A DNA stretch of 64,000 nucleotides from Fistulifera solaris. Its lineage: Eukaryota. The notes under the pieces were generated by a model, which saw only the letters and a program-made list of their open reading frames with translations, was not told where the DNA came from and searched no databases. The stretch is taken from positions 372,001 through 436,000 of the forward strand of contig AP026127.1 in the NCBI GenBank assembly GCA_030295235.1, written 5' to 3'. A program made the translations under genes and the position numbers. Each line of letters begins with the position of its first letter. The stretch's first letter is position 1. Below are positions 1-12,656 of this stretch, one piece after another.

Positions 1-2207
1 TGATCTTGCGTTCGAACGCTTGAATTCGCTTTTCAACAATAGATTCGGACGATATTGAATACATGCCGCCATAACACTGCGAAAGTGCATCACTTTGGTT
101 TTCAGAGGCGAAAACCAAGGGACGCAACAGGATAGGCACTTTGTACTTGTGCTTTCTAAAACAACGATCATCCAGCTCAGGTAGAGGGAGATCTCCGGAC
201 ACGGGCTCATTTCCTTCAACTTTCGCTGGGACTGGGCTGGACACCAACTTGGCAGAATACATGACTCTTTGTTTGCTCCCTCCAGGAGAAAGTAAAGGAG
301 ACACCGCGCGAGGAATTTTCTTCTTGATAATAACATCGATGTCACTAATGTCCTCAATGACCGCATTAGAAGAGGCGCCATCCAAGGAATCAGAGCCACT
401 CATCCATCCTGATGTATTGGAGTCTGTTGTGAAGTCCATAGAGCTGTCGTCGCAAGCGTTTGAACATCTTTTTCTTAAAATCCCGAATCGATCTACACGG
501 ACGGATATTCGTTTCACGTCTTTTTTCAATTTCGATGGCTTCAGCGTACCGTGTGTAGTGAGAACTGACTTAAGAAAAGCAATTCGGTCTTCTTGTGAAT
601 CTTCCGAGCATTGAACCAAAACTACAGAGCCCTTTTCTTCTGGTCGACATTCTGGAATCTTTCCTGCAAATGACCGAGCATGCAAATGAGTAAGCTTGCG
701 TGCCTTAAGGCTCATTAGCGTCAACCATCGTGAGCTTACCTTTCAAAGTTTTAACATTAGGTACCATCTCCGCGTCTTTCTGCGAGATGAAGTGAATATC
801 CTCGTCACCATGTTGACTTCGAGCAACATTGTTCTGTCCAGGGAAGTCTGCATCAGGAGTCTTGCTTTCGACAGGTAAGGCAAACGTGACCGACCTCCTT
901 CGCACTTTTGTGGGAAGTGCGCTACCTCCCGTTACACTTCTAGTTGGCTGTGACCCTACTGGGGAGACTTTTAGCCCGTTTTTCGCTATCTTTTCAGTTT
1001 CTGGCTTTTCCGTCGTCGCTGGACGCCTCATTCCCGAGTCCACAAAACTGCCTATGGGAACAGCGGCAGAGTTGAATAAGCTCCATTGAGGGTAACTATC
1101 CGAATGATCTTCGAAAGACGATGCTGGCTCCAAAAGAAAAGAAGCCGCTGATAATGCCATCTCAGTTTTTCGTCTATCTTTGACAGTGCGTTTGCTTCGT
1201 GAAATGCGTCTACTTGGTCGCGGGGGCTTACTCAATGGTTTGGAAGTTTCTCTCCTCGTATCGTTTGTTTTATGTGACTTAGAGCGATGCCTTGAATATT
1301 TTTCTTTCCTCAGGTGTGATTCTCTCTCCCTTTGTTCTTTCTGTTGCTCATTGCTACGTAATGTTCGATCGTTACTCGCACATTCCATCTTCGCACTTTC
1401 TATTTTCGCAGCAGAGAGTTCATGCGCCGTTAAACCCGTTTCTCGAATAGAAGCCGTGTGTTTGTCGGATCCTGCTGATTTATATGGCGTTTCGCGGTCC
1501 GGAGGGTCCACGACCCTTATAGTTGCCTGAGTAGGAATCGACGAGGGAAACAAGTTGACGTGCCGCGGTTCCACAGCTTCATGAGGGTATGTTTCACATG
1601 CGACTTGTGGCGAGAAAATAGATGTGGGGAGGTTCTCAGAGCAGAGATTTATGTTTGGATCGACAGTTTGAGGGCATTGTTGTTGTGTGTCGGACGAGTC
1701 TTCCAACCAAGATGTCGATAATTCTGGACTGGGCGACTGATCACGTCCCGGAATGACTACACACACATCTTCCTTGATCGAATCTTCAATGTCTTTTAAT
1801 GATGGAGCAGGAGGAATTCTAACAAGTACCGTCGGTTCCTCAGGTAATGGTGTTGTTAATGTCGACGCCGTGGTTTCTTGTGTATTTGCAGTTCGATAGC
1901 TGCCATTGGGAGAAGATGTCAGCCTATTCAGCATACTCCGACGATCCTGAATTTTACTACCAAGTGTTGTTGTCATGTCAGCGAAACTGAGCGAACTCCT
2001 TGTGGGAGACGGGCTAAGATTTCCTTGATCGCCCACATCCTGCACGTTCGCATGAGCCACGTGAATTCTGGTTTCAAAAAAGTCGCGTTTTTCTTTCAAA
2101 GACCCAAGAAGAGCCCGAGCTCTTTGACTGGCATCCTCCAGAGTTGTCTTTCGGATGTTTTCTTGAGTTAACGCAGGCATCAGGTCCTCCCCGGTCACAT
2201 CAAACAT
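1..2207 (-). CDS. Uncharacterised low-complexity/disordered protein, 3'-truncated by window edge; intron ~664-739
   Basis: 503-aa S/T/P/K/R-rich ORF 705..2216, first ATG at 2207; minus-strand GTAAG donor at 739 and TTTGCAG acceptor at 664 join it to a frame continuing toward the window start. Confidence 0.6.
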
Positions 2208-2779
2208 TGTTGTCAAATATCTCGTCGAGAAAAACCAATTATATAAAATATAAGGTAAGAGTGCAGCGGAAAGAACTAGCAGAAATGATTAGCACTAGAG
2301 ATGATTGATGAGGATCATGTTCGCGTAGAAAGCAGGTCTTGGTCTCGAGGTTTTCGTTGGAATGGTTGTTGTTGCCTTCAGATAATGAGGGTGGCCGAAA
2401 ACACAAAACTTGCCCGCCTGCCTCGATTCCGCCTACTATTTACGCTTATAATTCAAAACAAGGTCTGGGGGCTAAATAGTGGCGCCAGTCGTGTACGAGT
2501 ACCGGTCCGTGTTGCTCGTGTTTACGACCAACAAATTTGTCGAAGTCAATTGATTTTCGTTTGGCTAGGGACAATAAGCAGCTCAAACAACGAAATCCAT
2601 AGTTTTATCCATCTTTCGATTCTCTAGAGAGATGTATATCGAAACTCCATCGATCAAATTAACAAAATAGCAAATTCTGTCAGTGTTTCACCATCAGTCC
2701 TACATAGGTGTGCATTGCAAGTGGTGCGCAAGTTTGCCACGATCGTAAGCCGAAAGCGTAATAGATTGTAAAGTTGCGA

Positions 2780-4157
2780 TCATTCCATCCATGCAGTGCC
2801 TTCTTTCGACCGTTGAACCATTATTTCTCCGATCATAACTAACGCTGCGGCAGCACGGATGCGGGCAACACTGGACGATATGACAAGACCACTTGAACCG
2901 ACCCATCCCTCTTGTTGACCAAAGAACATGCTACCTTCCAGTACCATATTACAAGCCTCGCGTACGGTACGATCGAGATCAATTTTACTGATTTTCCATA
3001 GAGCATCTACCTCCAGCGACTCGAGTATTGCTTGTTGAGCCTTTGCACGTTCCTCCCTACGCATATCATCTTCTTCGGGAGGCAAAAATCCTGCCAAACA
3101 CTCCGCGGGATCTCGATTTGTGAAAAAACCGCCTGGTGTCTCTCCTGATTCGTCATCCCCGTCCTCGGAGACAGATGCATCAAAGTCCTCGCCTTTATTC
3201 GCTTTTTTGGACGGTTTCAGATTTCGAAACTATGACTTTCCCGGTAGCGACAGCAGCTTGCATGACATGCCCTGCATGGCGCAAGCGGTCTCGTATACTA
3301 TCCGAGATAGTCACCAATGCCGGATTCGTGATCAACTTGGCTTTCGAAAAGGGCTGTTGATTGTCCATTCCGAAACTCTTTGGGTTCGCATGATATCGTC
3401 GCAACACTTTTCTCCCAGCGTAACGATACGCGCGTCCTATACAACGTATAATCTGAGCTCCCATGGGAAGCTTCTTGAGACGATCGCACTGTGTCACTAC
3501 TAGATCGGCCAAGAAAGCTTCATCGACAGACCCTTCTACCAAAGGACGGATCGTCCCTACAATGTTGTTGGCGATGAATTTGACTCGTTGATTGTGTTCT
3601 TGTTTATATCGAATTTGTTTGCCCACATCGGTAGTTTGAAAGTTGTCAATAGACGGCGGCGGCGGTGCGGAGTGATCTAAGGAATAACCCATCAAGTGTA
3701 AAAGTTCAATGAGATTGGGGTCTCTCCCAATGGCATCTTCAAAACGCCCCGTCAAAAGATAGACAGCGTGCACGGTATCCACCAATCCGAAGCGGTGGTA
3801 AGGAAGTCGAGTTTTATCCGTTTTTAGGACTTCGTACGCTTCTCGTATTCTTTCCAGTTGTTGTTCATTTTCAGCCCGATCCTCTTCGTCCTCATTCTTC
3901 TTGTTTCGTCGCTGCTTGTCGGGGTGATAGATTCGAGTTAGTTTTCGATACGACTTGGTAATTTGCGCAGCTGTAGCGTTGGGACTAACTTGAAGAATAT
4001 CATAAAGGGTTGTATCGTGGGGAGGCTGCTGCGCATACAAACGATGCATTCGTAGGAACGTGGAAGAAACGTCTGGCACTTTTTCCGCACGAATGCTCCA
4101 GTGAAAAACGATTTGAGCCAACAAGAGGAGAGATGATGCAATCAATCTGTTTGTCAT
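2780..4157 (-). CDS. DnaJ-domain protein with DnaJ-X-like C-terminal region; signal peptide; 1-bp frameshift near 3220
   Basis: J-domain 'LYDILQVSPNATAAQITKSYRKL...YHPDK...AYEVLK'; continues in ORF 2780..3097 ('ALWKISKIDLDRTVREAC...RAAAALVMIGEI') after a frame change. Confidence 0.85.
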
Positions 4158-4398
4158 TCCTTCTGTTTGTAATTCCTATGGTGCTATATAAGTTGTCGAA
4201 TGAAATTATTCCGTTTTAATGAAGCGTATGAACAATGTATTGAAGTACCTGGTAATTGGGTCTATGATGTTCGAACGAATATAAGCGACGAAAAAATGCG
4301 CAAGAACAAAAGGGACGGAGGGGAGGGATGAGCATTCGATAGGGATAAAGGATAGCTCTGAATCTCGCTCCACTCGTGACGCAAGACTCCTCCTCAAG

Positions 4399-4420
4399 CC
4401 CGAGACCCGAGACCCGAGAC
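4399..4420. repeat. (CCCGAGA)3 microsatellite abutting the tandem element
   Basis: cccgaga cccgaga cccgagac read directly. Confidence 0.8.
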
Positions 4421-4429
4421 GGTACAGTA

Positions 4430-7400
4430 CAGCCTCCCGTACATTTATACCACTTCTACGTCTTTCTACGTCTCGCTATACCAATTTGGTATGTTTTTCC
4501 AGAAATACTCGAAGTAGTTTCTGCGCTAATCTACTACTTTCCGGATAGTTCGGTGAGTATTTTTGGAAAAATATACCGCCAGGGTATAGCGGATGAAGAA
4601 ATACCAGTGCCGTTTCGAAAAGTACCACTATGGCGTGAAATGTAGGAAATTCGTGGGAATTCTTCAATCACTAGTAATACGTCTGCCGCATTTTCCTTGA
4701 CGAGCACAAAAATGAGCCATCACGAAGAAAGAAAACCATGAGAAAACCGACAAGTCGCCGCGGCAAGAACATCTACGCTAACATAAAGTCGTCCTTCGTC
4801 GCGAAAGATCCCACTGCTTCGCACTATCGTGATTGTGATGCATCTATACGATCTGCAGTGAAGTGGCTTTCGTGAGATTGTCGTAAGAATTCGATCGCCG
4901 AACCTTTTGCTGAAAAAGATATTGAATGAGAAAAGGCTCCCCAAAAAGTTTTTGCTTCAGAGATATCACTTCCTAAAAATACGCAGCAAAGCAAAATGTT
5001 GTTAGTACAATGCGTTTAAGCAGTGTAAAACAGTTTCTACGTGACATGAGGCGACTTTGATCGATCATCAGAACGAACGAAACAATTAAAACAGATCTAC
5101 GCAGGCTCGTGGAACTTCAGAACCACAATTTTGTGTGCCTTCCAGTATTTAAACTCTTCTCGAGAAATCGCACGAAGGTGGCAGTCGGGCACTTTTCCTT
5201 ACTCCAGATAGAGCTAAATGGTATTCTCGATAAAATCTTTTCAATAAGGAGGTGGTAACGTGTTTAGCATTCACTCACAGCGCTCTAGATGATCTTCTTT
5301 AGAATTTTTATTCTAGCTTAAGCATCTAACGACTGCCTTGTTTCAAGAATTTTCGGTGATGTAGTCGTCATGACATTTTATAAAAATTGGAGGTATAATT
5401 AAAGCGCACAAACGAGTTGAACGGTGGCCTTCAGACTTTAGATGTCGACATAGGCTTTGCCTAATCTTATGGAGTTACGATGCTATCGGCTTTTAGGGTC
5501 TAGCCTTTAAGAGACGGCCTAGACTAATGTTCATTCATCCTTATTATTTCTAGTGTGTAGGCATCGTTAGGGTTTCGGTTAAAAATCGTTTCGGTTGCAG
5601 TACAACCAAGTGCGTAGAAAATGCGTAGGAAATCCTATACCAACCGGCACTGCTTCTGGTATATTTTTCCTGCTCATTATACAGCCTCCCGTACATTTAT
5701 ACCACTTCTACGTCTTTCTACGTCTCGCTATACCAATTTGGTATGTTTTTCCAGAAATACTCGAAGTAGTTTCTGCGCTAATCTACTACTTTCCGGATAG
5801 TTCGGTGAGTATTTTTGGAAAAATATACCGCCAGGGTATAGCGGATGAAGAAATACCAGTGCCGTTTCGAAAAGTACCACTATGGCGTGAAATGTAGGAA
5901 ATTCGTGGGAATTCTTCAATCACTAGTAATACGTCTGCCGCGATTTTCCTTGACGAGCACAAAAATGAGCCATCACGAAGAAAGAAAACCATGAGAAAAC
6001 CGACAAGTCGTCGCGGCAAGAACATCTACGCTAACATAAAGTCGTCCTTCGTCGCGAAAGATCCCACTGCTTCGCACTATCGTGATTGTGATGCATCTAT
6101 ACGATCTGCAGTGAAGTGGCTTTCAGAGATTGTCGTAAGAATTCCGATCGCCGAACCTTTTGCTGAAAAAGATATTGAATGAGAAAAGGCTCCCCAAAAA
6201 GTTTTTGCTTCAGAGATATCACTTCCTAAAAATACGCAGCAAAGCAAAATGTTGTTAGTACAATGCGTTTAAGCAGTGTAAAACAGTTTCTACGTGACAT
6301 GAGGCTTTACTTTGATCGATCATCAGAACGAACGAAACAATTAAAACAGATCTACGCAGGCTCGTGGAACTTCAGAACCACAATTTTGTGTGCCTTCCAG
6401 TATTTAAACTCTTCTCAGAAATCGTACGAAGGTGGCAGTCGGGCACTTTTCCTTACTCCAGATAGAGCTAAATGGTATTCTCGACAAAATCTTTTCAATA
6501 AGGAGGTGGTAACGTGTTTAGCATTCACTCACAGCGCTCTAGATGATCTTCTTTAGAATTTTTATTCTAGCTTAAGCATCTAACGACTGCCTTGTTTCAA
6601 GAATTTTCGGTGATGTAGTCGCTTTTCGTCATGACATTTTATAAAAATTGGAGGTATAATTAAAGCACAAACGAGTTGAACGGTGGCCTTCAGACTTTAG
6701 ATGTCGACATAGGCTTTGCCTAATCTTATGGAGTTACGATGCTATCGGCTTTTAGGGTCTAGCCTTTAAGAGACGACAGCCTAGACTAATGTTCATTCAT
6801 CCTTATTATTTCTAGTGTGTAGGCATCGTTAGGGTTTCGGTTAAAAATCGTTTCGGTTGCAGTACAACCAAGTGCGTAGAAAATGCGTAGGAAATCCTAT
6901 ACCAACCGGCACTGCTTCTGGTATATTTTTCCTGCTCATTATACAGCCTCCCGTACATTTATACCACTTCTACGTCTTTCTACGTCTCGCTATACCAATT
7001 TGGTATGTTTTTCCAGAAATACTCGAAGTAGTTTCTGCGCTAATCTACTACTTTCCGGATAGTTCGGTGAGTATTTTTGGAAAAATATACCGCCAGGGTA
7101 TAGCGGATGAAGAAATACCAGTGCCGTTTCGAAAAGTACCACTATGGCGTGAAATGTAGGAAATTCGTGGGAATTCTTCAATCACTAGTAATACGTCTGC
7201 CGCGATTTTCCTTGACGAGCACAAAAATGAGCCATCACGAAGAAAGAAAACCATGAGAAAACCGACAAGTCGTCGCGGCAAGAACATCTACGCTAACATA
7301 AAGTCGTCCTTCGTCGCGAAAGATCCCACTGCTTCGCACTATCGTGATTGTGATGCATCTATACGATCTGCAGTGAAGTGGCTTTCGAGATTGTCGGTAA

Positions 7401-8198
7401 GAATTCCGATCGCCGAACCTTTTGCTGAAAAAGATATTGAATGAGAAAAGGCTCCCCAAAAGTTTTTGCTTCAGAGATATCACTTCCTAAAAATACGCAG
7501 CAAAGCAAAATGTTGTTAGTACAATGCGTTTAAGCAGTGTAAAACAGTTTCTACGTGACATGAGGCGAGTACTTTGATCGATCATCAGAACGAACGAAAC
7601 AATTAAAACAGATCTACGCAGGCTCGTGGAACTTCAGAACCACAATTTTGTGTGCCTTCCAGTATTTAAACTCTTCTCGAGAAATCGCACGAAGGTGGCA
7701 GTCGGGCACTTTTCCTTACTCCAGATAGAGCTAAATGGTATTCTCGATAAAATCTTTTCAATAAGGAGGTGGTAACGTGTTTAGCATTCACTCACAGCGC
7801 TCTAGATGATCTTCTTTAGAATTTTTATTCTAGCTTAAGCATCTAACGACTGCCTTGTTTCAAGAATTTTCGGTGATGTAGTCGTCATGACATTTTATAA
7901 AAATTGGAGGTATAATTAAAGCACAAACGAGTTGAACGGTGGCCTTCAGACTTTAGATGTCGACATAGGCTTTGCCTAATCTTATGGAGTTACGATGCTA
8001 TCGGCTTTTAGGGTCTAGCCTTTAAGAGACGACGCCCTAGACTAATGTTCATTCATCCTTATTATTTCTAGTGTGTAGGCATCGTTAGGGTTTCGGTTAA
8101 AATCGTTTCGGTTGCAGTACAACCAAGTGCGTAGAAAATGCGTAGGAAATCCTATACCAACCGGCACTGCTTCTGGTATATTTTTCCTGCTCATTATA
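4430..8198. mobile_element. Head-to-tail trimer of an unclassified ~1.26-kb putative non-autonomous element (units 4430-5681, 5682-6943, 6944-8198)
   Basis: Three near-identical units CAGCCTCCC...CTCATTATA joined without spacer; flanked by CAGTA (4425-4429, 8199-8203; extendable to TACAGTA); subterminal inverted repeats; no intact enzyme ORF. The repeat is certain, mobility is inferred. Confidence 0.7.
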
Positions 8199-8545
8199 CA
8201 GTATGACCTTACCAGTACGGTACCTGGTATGGACGCGTAAAAAAGCATTTACTGACACCAAGAAATTTCCACTATTGGTTTTATTGTACCTTTCTGTTTG
8301 GGCTGTGACACCGGTCATCGGTCATCGTAAAAGTGCAGCGGCACTTAAATCTGTACATAAAGATTCATTGTTGAAGAAGCCGGGGAAATTTTGCTTTTTT
8401 ACCCCAAATTCTCTCGTTTGAAACACCAACAAAACATTAGAACCCACGCCACATCCCTCCTTTTATCAATCTTTCGCACTTCCCTCGCAACAACACCGAC
8501 GAAAACGCTCATTCACTTCCTTCCTTGCCCCACAAACTCTTTTCA

Positions 8546-9163
8546 ATGACACCGTTTCTATCCGAAGCCATGGAATCTCCACGTTCGTCAGGGCATCGTG
8601 TAACATTCAACAACACGGTGAAGTCATGCATCGTGGAACGAATCACCATCATATTGGACCGCGACGAAGTATGGTATTCTTCGCAAGAATGCCAGTCCAT
8701 GAGGAGGCAATGTGAGCAGATTGCTAACTTGGTTAGAGCTGGTGGAAGTTTTCGAGAATCGGAGAGTAATACCACCCGTGGTCTCGAAGGCATGCTGGCT
8801 GAAGATCAATTACGGCGGAGATATTCGGTGAAATACGCAGTTAGTGAAGAATTATACCGTCAGCGACTAAACGATGAATACGATCCGGATGGTGTAGCAG
8901 AAGCGTCTTTAGAAGTTTCCAGAGAGTCAGTGGAAGATGCTATAAGAAAAGCGGAGGGCGATGCCGAAGCGGCTGCTCAATGGATAGAACAAGTGACACA
9001 AAGAGAAGAGGCCGAAGCCGCCGCAACGGCTCGGCGGAAATTCCGTGGAAATAGCTCGATATTGAATATCAAGTCGAAATCTCCCTTTCGAAGGGCAAAG
9101 CTGGTCGAACTATCGAAGGCCGCGAACCCTTTCCGGAAAATGAAGTTAAAAATGGATGAGTAG
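8546..9163 (+). CDS. Hypothetical protein of a common diatom family ('V.F...V...WYS..E...RGLE' motif)
   Basis: ORF 8525..9163, first ATG 8546; motifs VTFNNTV, VWYSSQE, TRGLE. Confidence 0.7.
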   Translation: MTPFLSEAMESPRSSGHRVTFNNTVKSCIVERITIILDRDEVWYSSQECQSMRRQCEQIANLVRAGGSFRESESNTTRGLEGMLAEDQLRRRYSVKYAVSEELYRQRLNDEYDPDGVAEASLEVSRESVEDAIRKAEGDAEAAAQWIEQVTQREEAEAAATARRKFRGNSSILNIKSKSPFRRAKLVELSKAANPFRKMKLKMDE

Positions 9164-9842
9164 AAGCGGACGCAGAGCGCTAACTTCACTCAGTAAGGGA
9201 AATAACGTGAAGTAACTTCATATTTGTACTCGAAAGATACTTCGTCGTGTCGTAGACTAAGTACAATAGAACATCTAACAATGAACATACGAACAGTCGT
9301 TCAATATGAATCACGACGAATTGTTTCAATCCAGTTACGAAAGTACAGGATGGAAGGATGCATAGCAAATCCAGGTCATACTGCTTTGTAAGTTGTAAGG
9401 TCCATCGCATCTCGCTGGGTAATGGGCATCGAGACTCAGTTTTCAGCCTCCATTCGACAATAGGATTGCAGACAGTTATCATAGCAGCGAACCACAAAGT
9501 AATGGCAAGTGCGAGACTGATGACAAGAGGAACCAAAGGATTTTATTGGTTCTCCGTGTTGCGAGAAACAAAACAAAACGTAACTTTGTTTGTCAATCAA
9601 TCATGACTGAGGAATAACCGAATCACGGACATTGCTTGTGCGCGCACAGCACTAAAGCAGATTTTCGGTGTACTGTACGCAATGCCAGAGTACCGTACGC
9701 TACGAAACATCAAACAGATTGTCCGTATACTTGTAGAAACGAAACACAGAATACACCGCATGAAAAAAGACATCATTTCGATGACTAATACTCTTATAAT
9801 AGTCTAAGCGATCCAGAATACGAACTCAGCTTTCTTTCTTGC

Positions 9843-10856
9843 ATGTTGTCGTTTATTACCCGGAGAAGTCTACTGTTTTCGACGTTTGCGATGAGCACAA
9901 AAACCGCTGACGACTGTCTACGGATGCCGTCGATCGGACTCGGAACGTACCTTTTAGAACCAAGTCAAGTCAAGCCTGCGTTACAATCGGCTATACTCGA
10001 AGCTGGCTACCGCCGGATCGATTGTGCACCTGTATACTTCAATGAAGATGCTATTGGCGATGCGTTGCACGATATTCTTTCCTCACAAGATAATGAGGTC
10101 CGTCGCGAAGATCTGTACATTGTCAGCAAGTTGGCCAGTCCGTTTCATCGCGACGTCGAAGCTGCAGTACGGAAGACGCTCTTCGATTTGAGGCTGGACT
10201 ATTTAGATTTGTACTTGATTCATTGGCCAGTTGCCTTTCATCCTGTTCCCATTCCTCAAGGAATTCGGGGCTGGGAGAACGAAGACATTGATGACAGTGC
10301 GGGCGGAAAGAATATTGATACATCGGTTTCCGTGCACCAAACATGGCAAGGAATGCAAGAAGTGGTGAAAAAAGGACTGGTGCGAGAGATTGGGGTATCC
10401 AATTTTCCGGTTATGTTACTCCATGAACTGCTATCTTCAAATCCTGAGATAGCCCCGGCCGTGAATCAATGCGAAATGCATCCTTATTTATCACAAAGAC
10501 ATCTACGCGCGTATTGCAAAGCCAGAGGAGTCCAATTTCAAGCCTATAGCCCCTTGGGAAGTGGCGGGTACATCGAGAGCGACGAGCCGAATCTTCTTGC
10601 CGACCCGGTCCTCGTCGAGCTAGCACAAAAGCACAATGCGACGCCCGCTCAAATAGCTCTGGCGTGGGCTTTGCAGTACGATACCAGCGTGGTAGTCAAA
10701 AGCTCCTCGCTCGCTCACCAAAAAGAGAATCTGGCCGCTGCTTCGCTCATCCTGGACGAGCCAGACATACAAAAGATCGATAATTTGCACCGTAATTACA
10801 GGTTCTTTCGCCCAGAAGATTGGTGGCCTGAGCTAGGAATGGCAGTTTTTCATTAA
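9843..10856 (+). CDS. Aldo-keto reductase
   Basis: MPSIGLGTY, GYRRIDCAPVYFNE, LDYLDLYLIHWP, IGVSNF, NQCEMHPY, AYSPLG. Confidence 0.95.
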   Translation: MLSFITRRSLLFSTFAMSTKTADDCLRMPSIGLGTYLLEPSQVKPALQSAILEAGYRRIDCAPVYFNEDAIGDALHDILSSQDNEVRREDLYIVSKLASPFHRDVEAAVRKTLFDLRLDYLDLYLIHWPVAFHPVPIPQGIRGWENEDIDDSAGGKNIDTSVSVHQTWQGMQEVVKKGLVREIGVSNFPVMLLHELLSSNPEIAPAVNQCEMHPYLSQRHLRAYCKARGVQFQAYSPLGSGGYIESDEPNLLADPVLVELAQKHNATPAQIALAWALQYDTSVVVKSSSLAHQKENLAAASLILDEPDIQKIDNLHRNYRFFRPEDWWPELGMAVFH

Positions 10857-11149
10857 TCCGTGACAACTTTGAATTTCATAAACTTTAACTATAAGTATTC
10901 TAAATCTTTAATGTTCCTGGCTGACAGTTCTTTCCGCTAGAATTCCCCTTGCCTTGTGATTGTAGTTTAAAGCCTGTGAAGCTGTATGACGTGGATCTCG
11001 TGTAAATTACTTCCAAGTTTTCCTGATAGGAGACGGCTCTTGTCCTTTGTCTCCCGCCCGTCATTTATATCGCTTGATGTGGGCTAAACACTGGCATGTG
11101 TCATGTGTACATGTGTTGTCGATCGCATATTCATAGACGAAGCAGCTGT

Positions 11150-11860
11150 TCAAAACCATTGCCGTGCCGGTGCCCGCGAAACTTGATCTTTGACGGACGC
11201 TACTGTCTTCTCCAAAGCACGCTGCCACTGGCTCACCGGTGGGGGCTCGGGCATTGGCATGCCTTGATCGACACAACGTTGACATTCTCGTTTGTAAGCC
11301 ACTCGGGCAATGCTTTCTTGATGCAAAGACACAAAGGCTTCACCGGCCATTCGTGATGTTAATGCACTGCCCACCAAACTACCGGCTGCACCCAACCACC
11401 TTCCCCCCTGTACTATTGCCCAATCGACTGCCCACGACGGACCCAATCAAACTTCCCACGATCGAAATCACCCCCAGCGCTGCGGCTAATTCCTCTTCCG
11501 ACAAACCGGCCACTGTTTCATCAAATACATCACGATAACTTTCGTACGTTTGCGTCGGAGGACTGAAAGTTCGTCCACTCGCCGATCTCAAAGCTGCATC
11601 ATATTGAGCTCGCCGTTGTTCATCACCGAGAGTCTCATAAGCTTGCCCTATCTCTACAAATTTCGCTTTTGCTTCTTCTGTGTTGGTGGGATTTTTATCC
11701 GGATGATGCTGTTCATGTTATCAGTATCCGTGCTTTGAAAACAAGATAAGCTGCCATCGTAACATACCTTGAGTGACAATCGTAGATAAGCTTGCCGTAT
11801 TGCTTTCGAATCTGCCGAGGGATCCACTGCCAATATGTCATAGTACGACCGAGACGTCAT
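11150..11860 (-). CDS. Small DnaJ-domain protein with glycine-zipper segment; intron 11709-11767; frameshift ~11405
   Basis: SYYDILAV...IRQAYLRLSLK | HHPDKNP...FVEIGQAYETLGD after splicing GTATG...AACAG; frame change at a C6 run. Confidence 0.85.
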
Positions 11861-12354
11861 AATTTGACAGTAAAAGGCTCTTGTTTGTTATACTTCACCC
11901 AGTTAATCGTAAGTTTATGATAGGTGTGTCATGGCGGTTGCGTCGAATAATAAAAAAAGGAAAATAATACGAACGACGAATGAATAAGACGAAGCCAGAG
12001 TAAATAATAATCACGGCTGTCTCTCGTGACTGCTTTGAAAAGGAGAACGTGATGACGTCGCAACTAATCACGCTACTCTAAAAAATTGTATAGTCATAAT
12101 TTTCCGCAATAAAGCCGTTGCGGTCAAGTGTACCTTAGTAAATTGTTGTTAGGACGGTTTACATTATTGATAGACGTTATAAGCGAAGTTCCACTTATTT
12201 TGGCGAGAACCCGAACGGAAAATACTCCGCACGTCGAACGGATCTATTGTTTCGCTGCAATAAAGGCGAACACTAGCGCTGCCATTGTCAAGCTATCGTT
12301 TGTCGTCTTGTTGCGCACCCATCGTGTTGATACCACTCGATTTGTTTCATCAAG

Positions 12355-12631
12355 GTAAGCTATTGCGTCTCTGTTTTTAGTTGAAGACGGTTAGTAAAGA
12401 GGGTCTTCGTTTCATTGTAGCAAAAGAGTTTGCGGAAGAACGCTTGCAAGGCCGCGTGAGGCGTAGTGCTATAGGTATAGTGCTCGTCGGAATCGACGCA
12501 TCACGTATGAATTCTTTCGCGAAGACACGCATATTAGAACATTTGTCTTATTCTCTTGAGGCAATGTCGATTTAATGTAGCTTCTTGTTCACTATTTCTG
12601 ACCGCCTGCTTTTTCCTTCTCCTTCCTTTAG
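12355..12631 (+). other. Probable 5'-UTR intron of V-ATPase A gene
   Basis: AAG|GTAAGC donor, CTGAC branch-like site, pyrimidine tract ending TTTAG 25 nt before the ATG. Confidence 0.6.
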
Positions 12632-12656
12632 AGTGAAAATTTCCACGCGATAAAAA

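Noticed and set aside
5490..5580. Telomeric TTAGGG
   Set aside because: Isolated single hexamers, not an array
6280..6345. Hammerhead ribozyme in the tandem unit (minus-strand CTGATGA...GAAA)
   Set aside because: No convincing stem II or flanking stems could be formed
5991..6556. Intact Fanzor/TnpB or transposase gene in the 1.26-kb unit
   Set aside because: Only short broken ORFs that differ among units; no RuvC, DDE, HUH or YR catalytic motifs visible; kept only as a hypothesis
4376..8421. Repeated 60-100 aa ORFs as genuine genes
   Set aside because: They recur only because the DNA is repeated; some span unit junctions; no recognisable domains
12355..12631. Intron-encoded snoRNA in the long 5'-UTR intron
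   Set aside because: No clear C/D or H/ACA box arrangement seen
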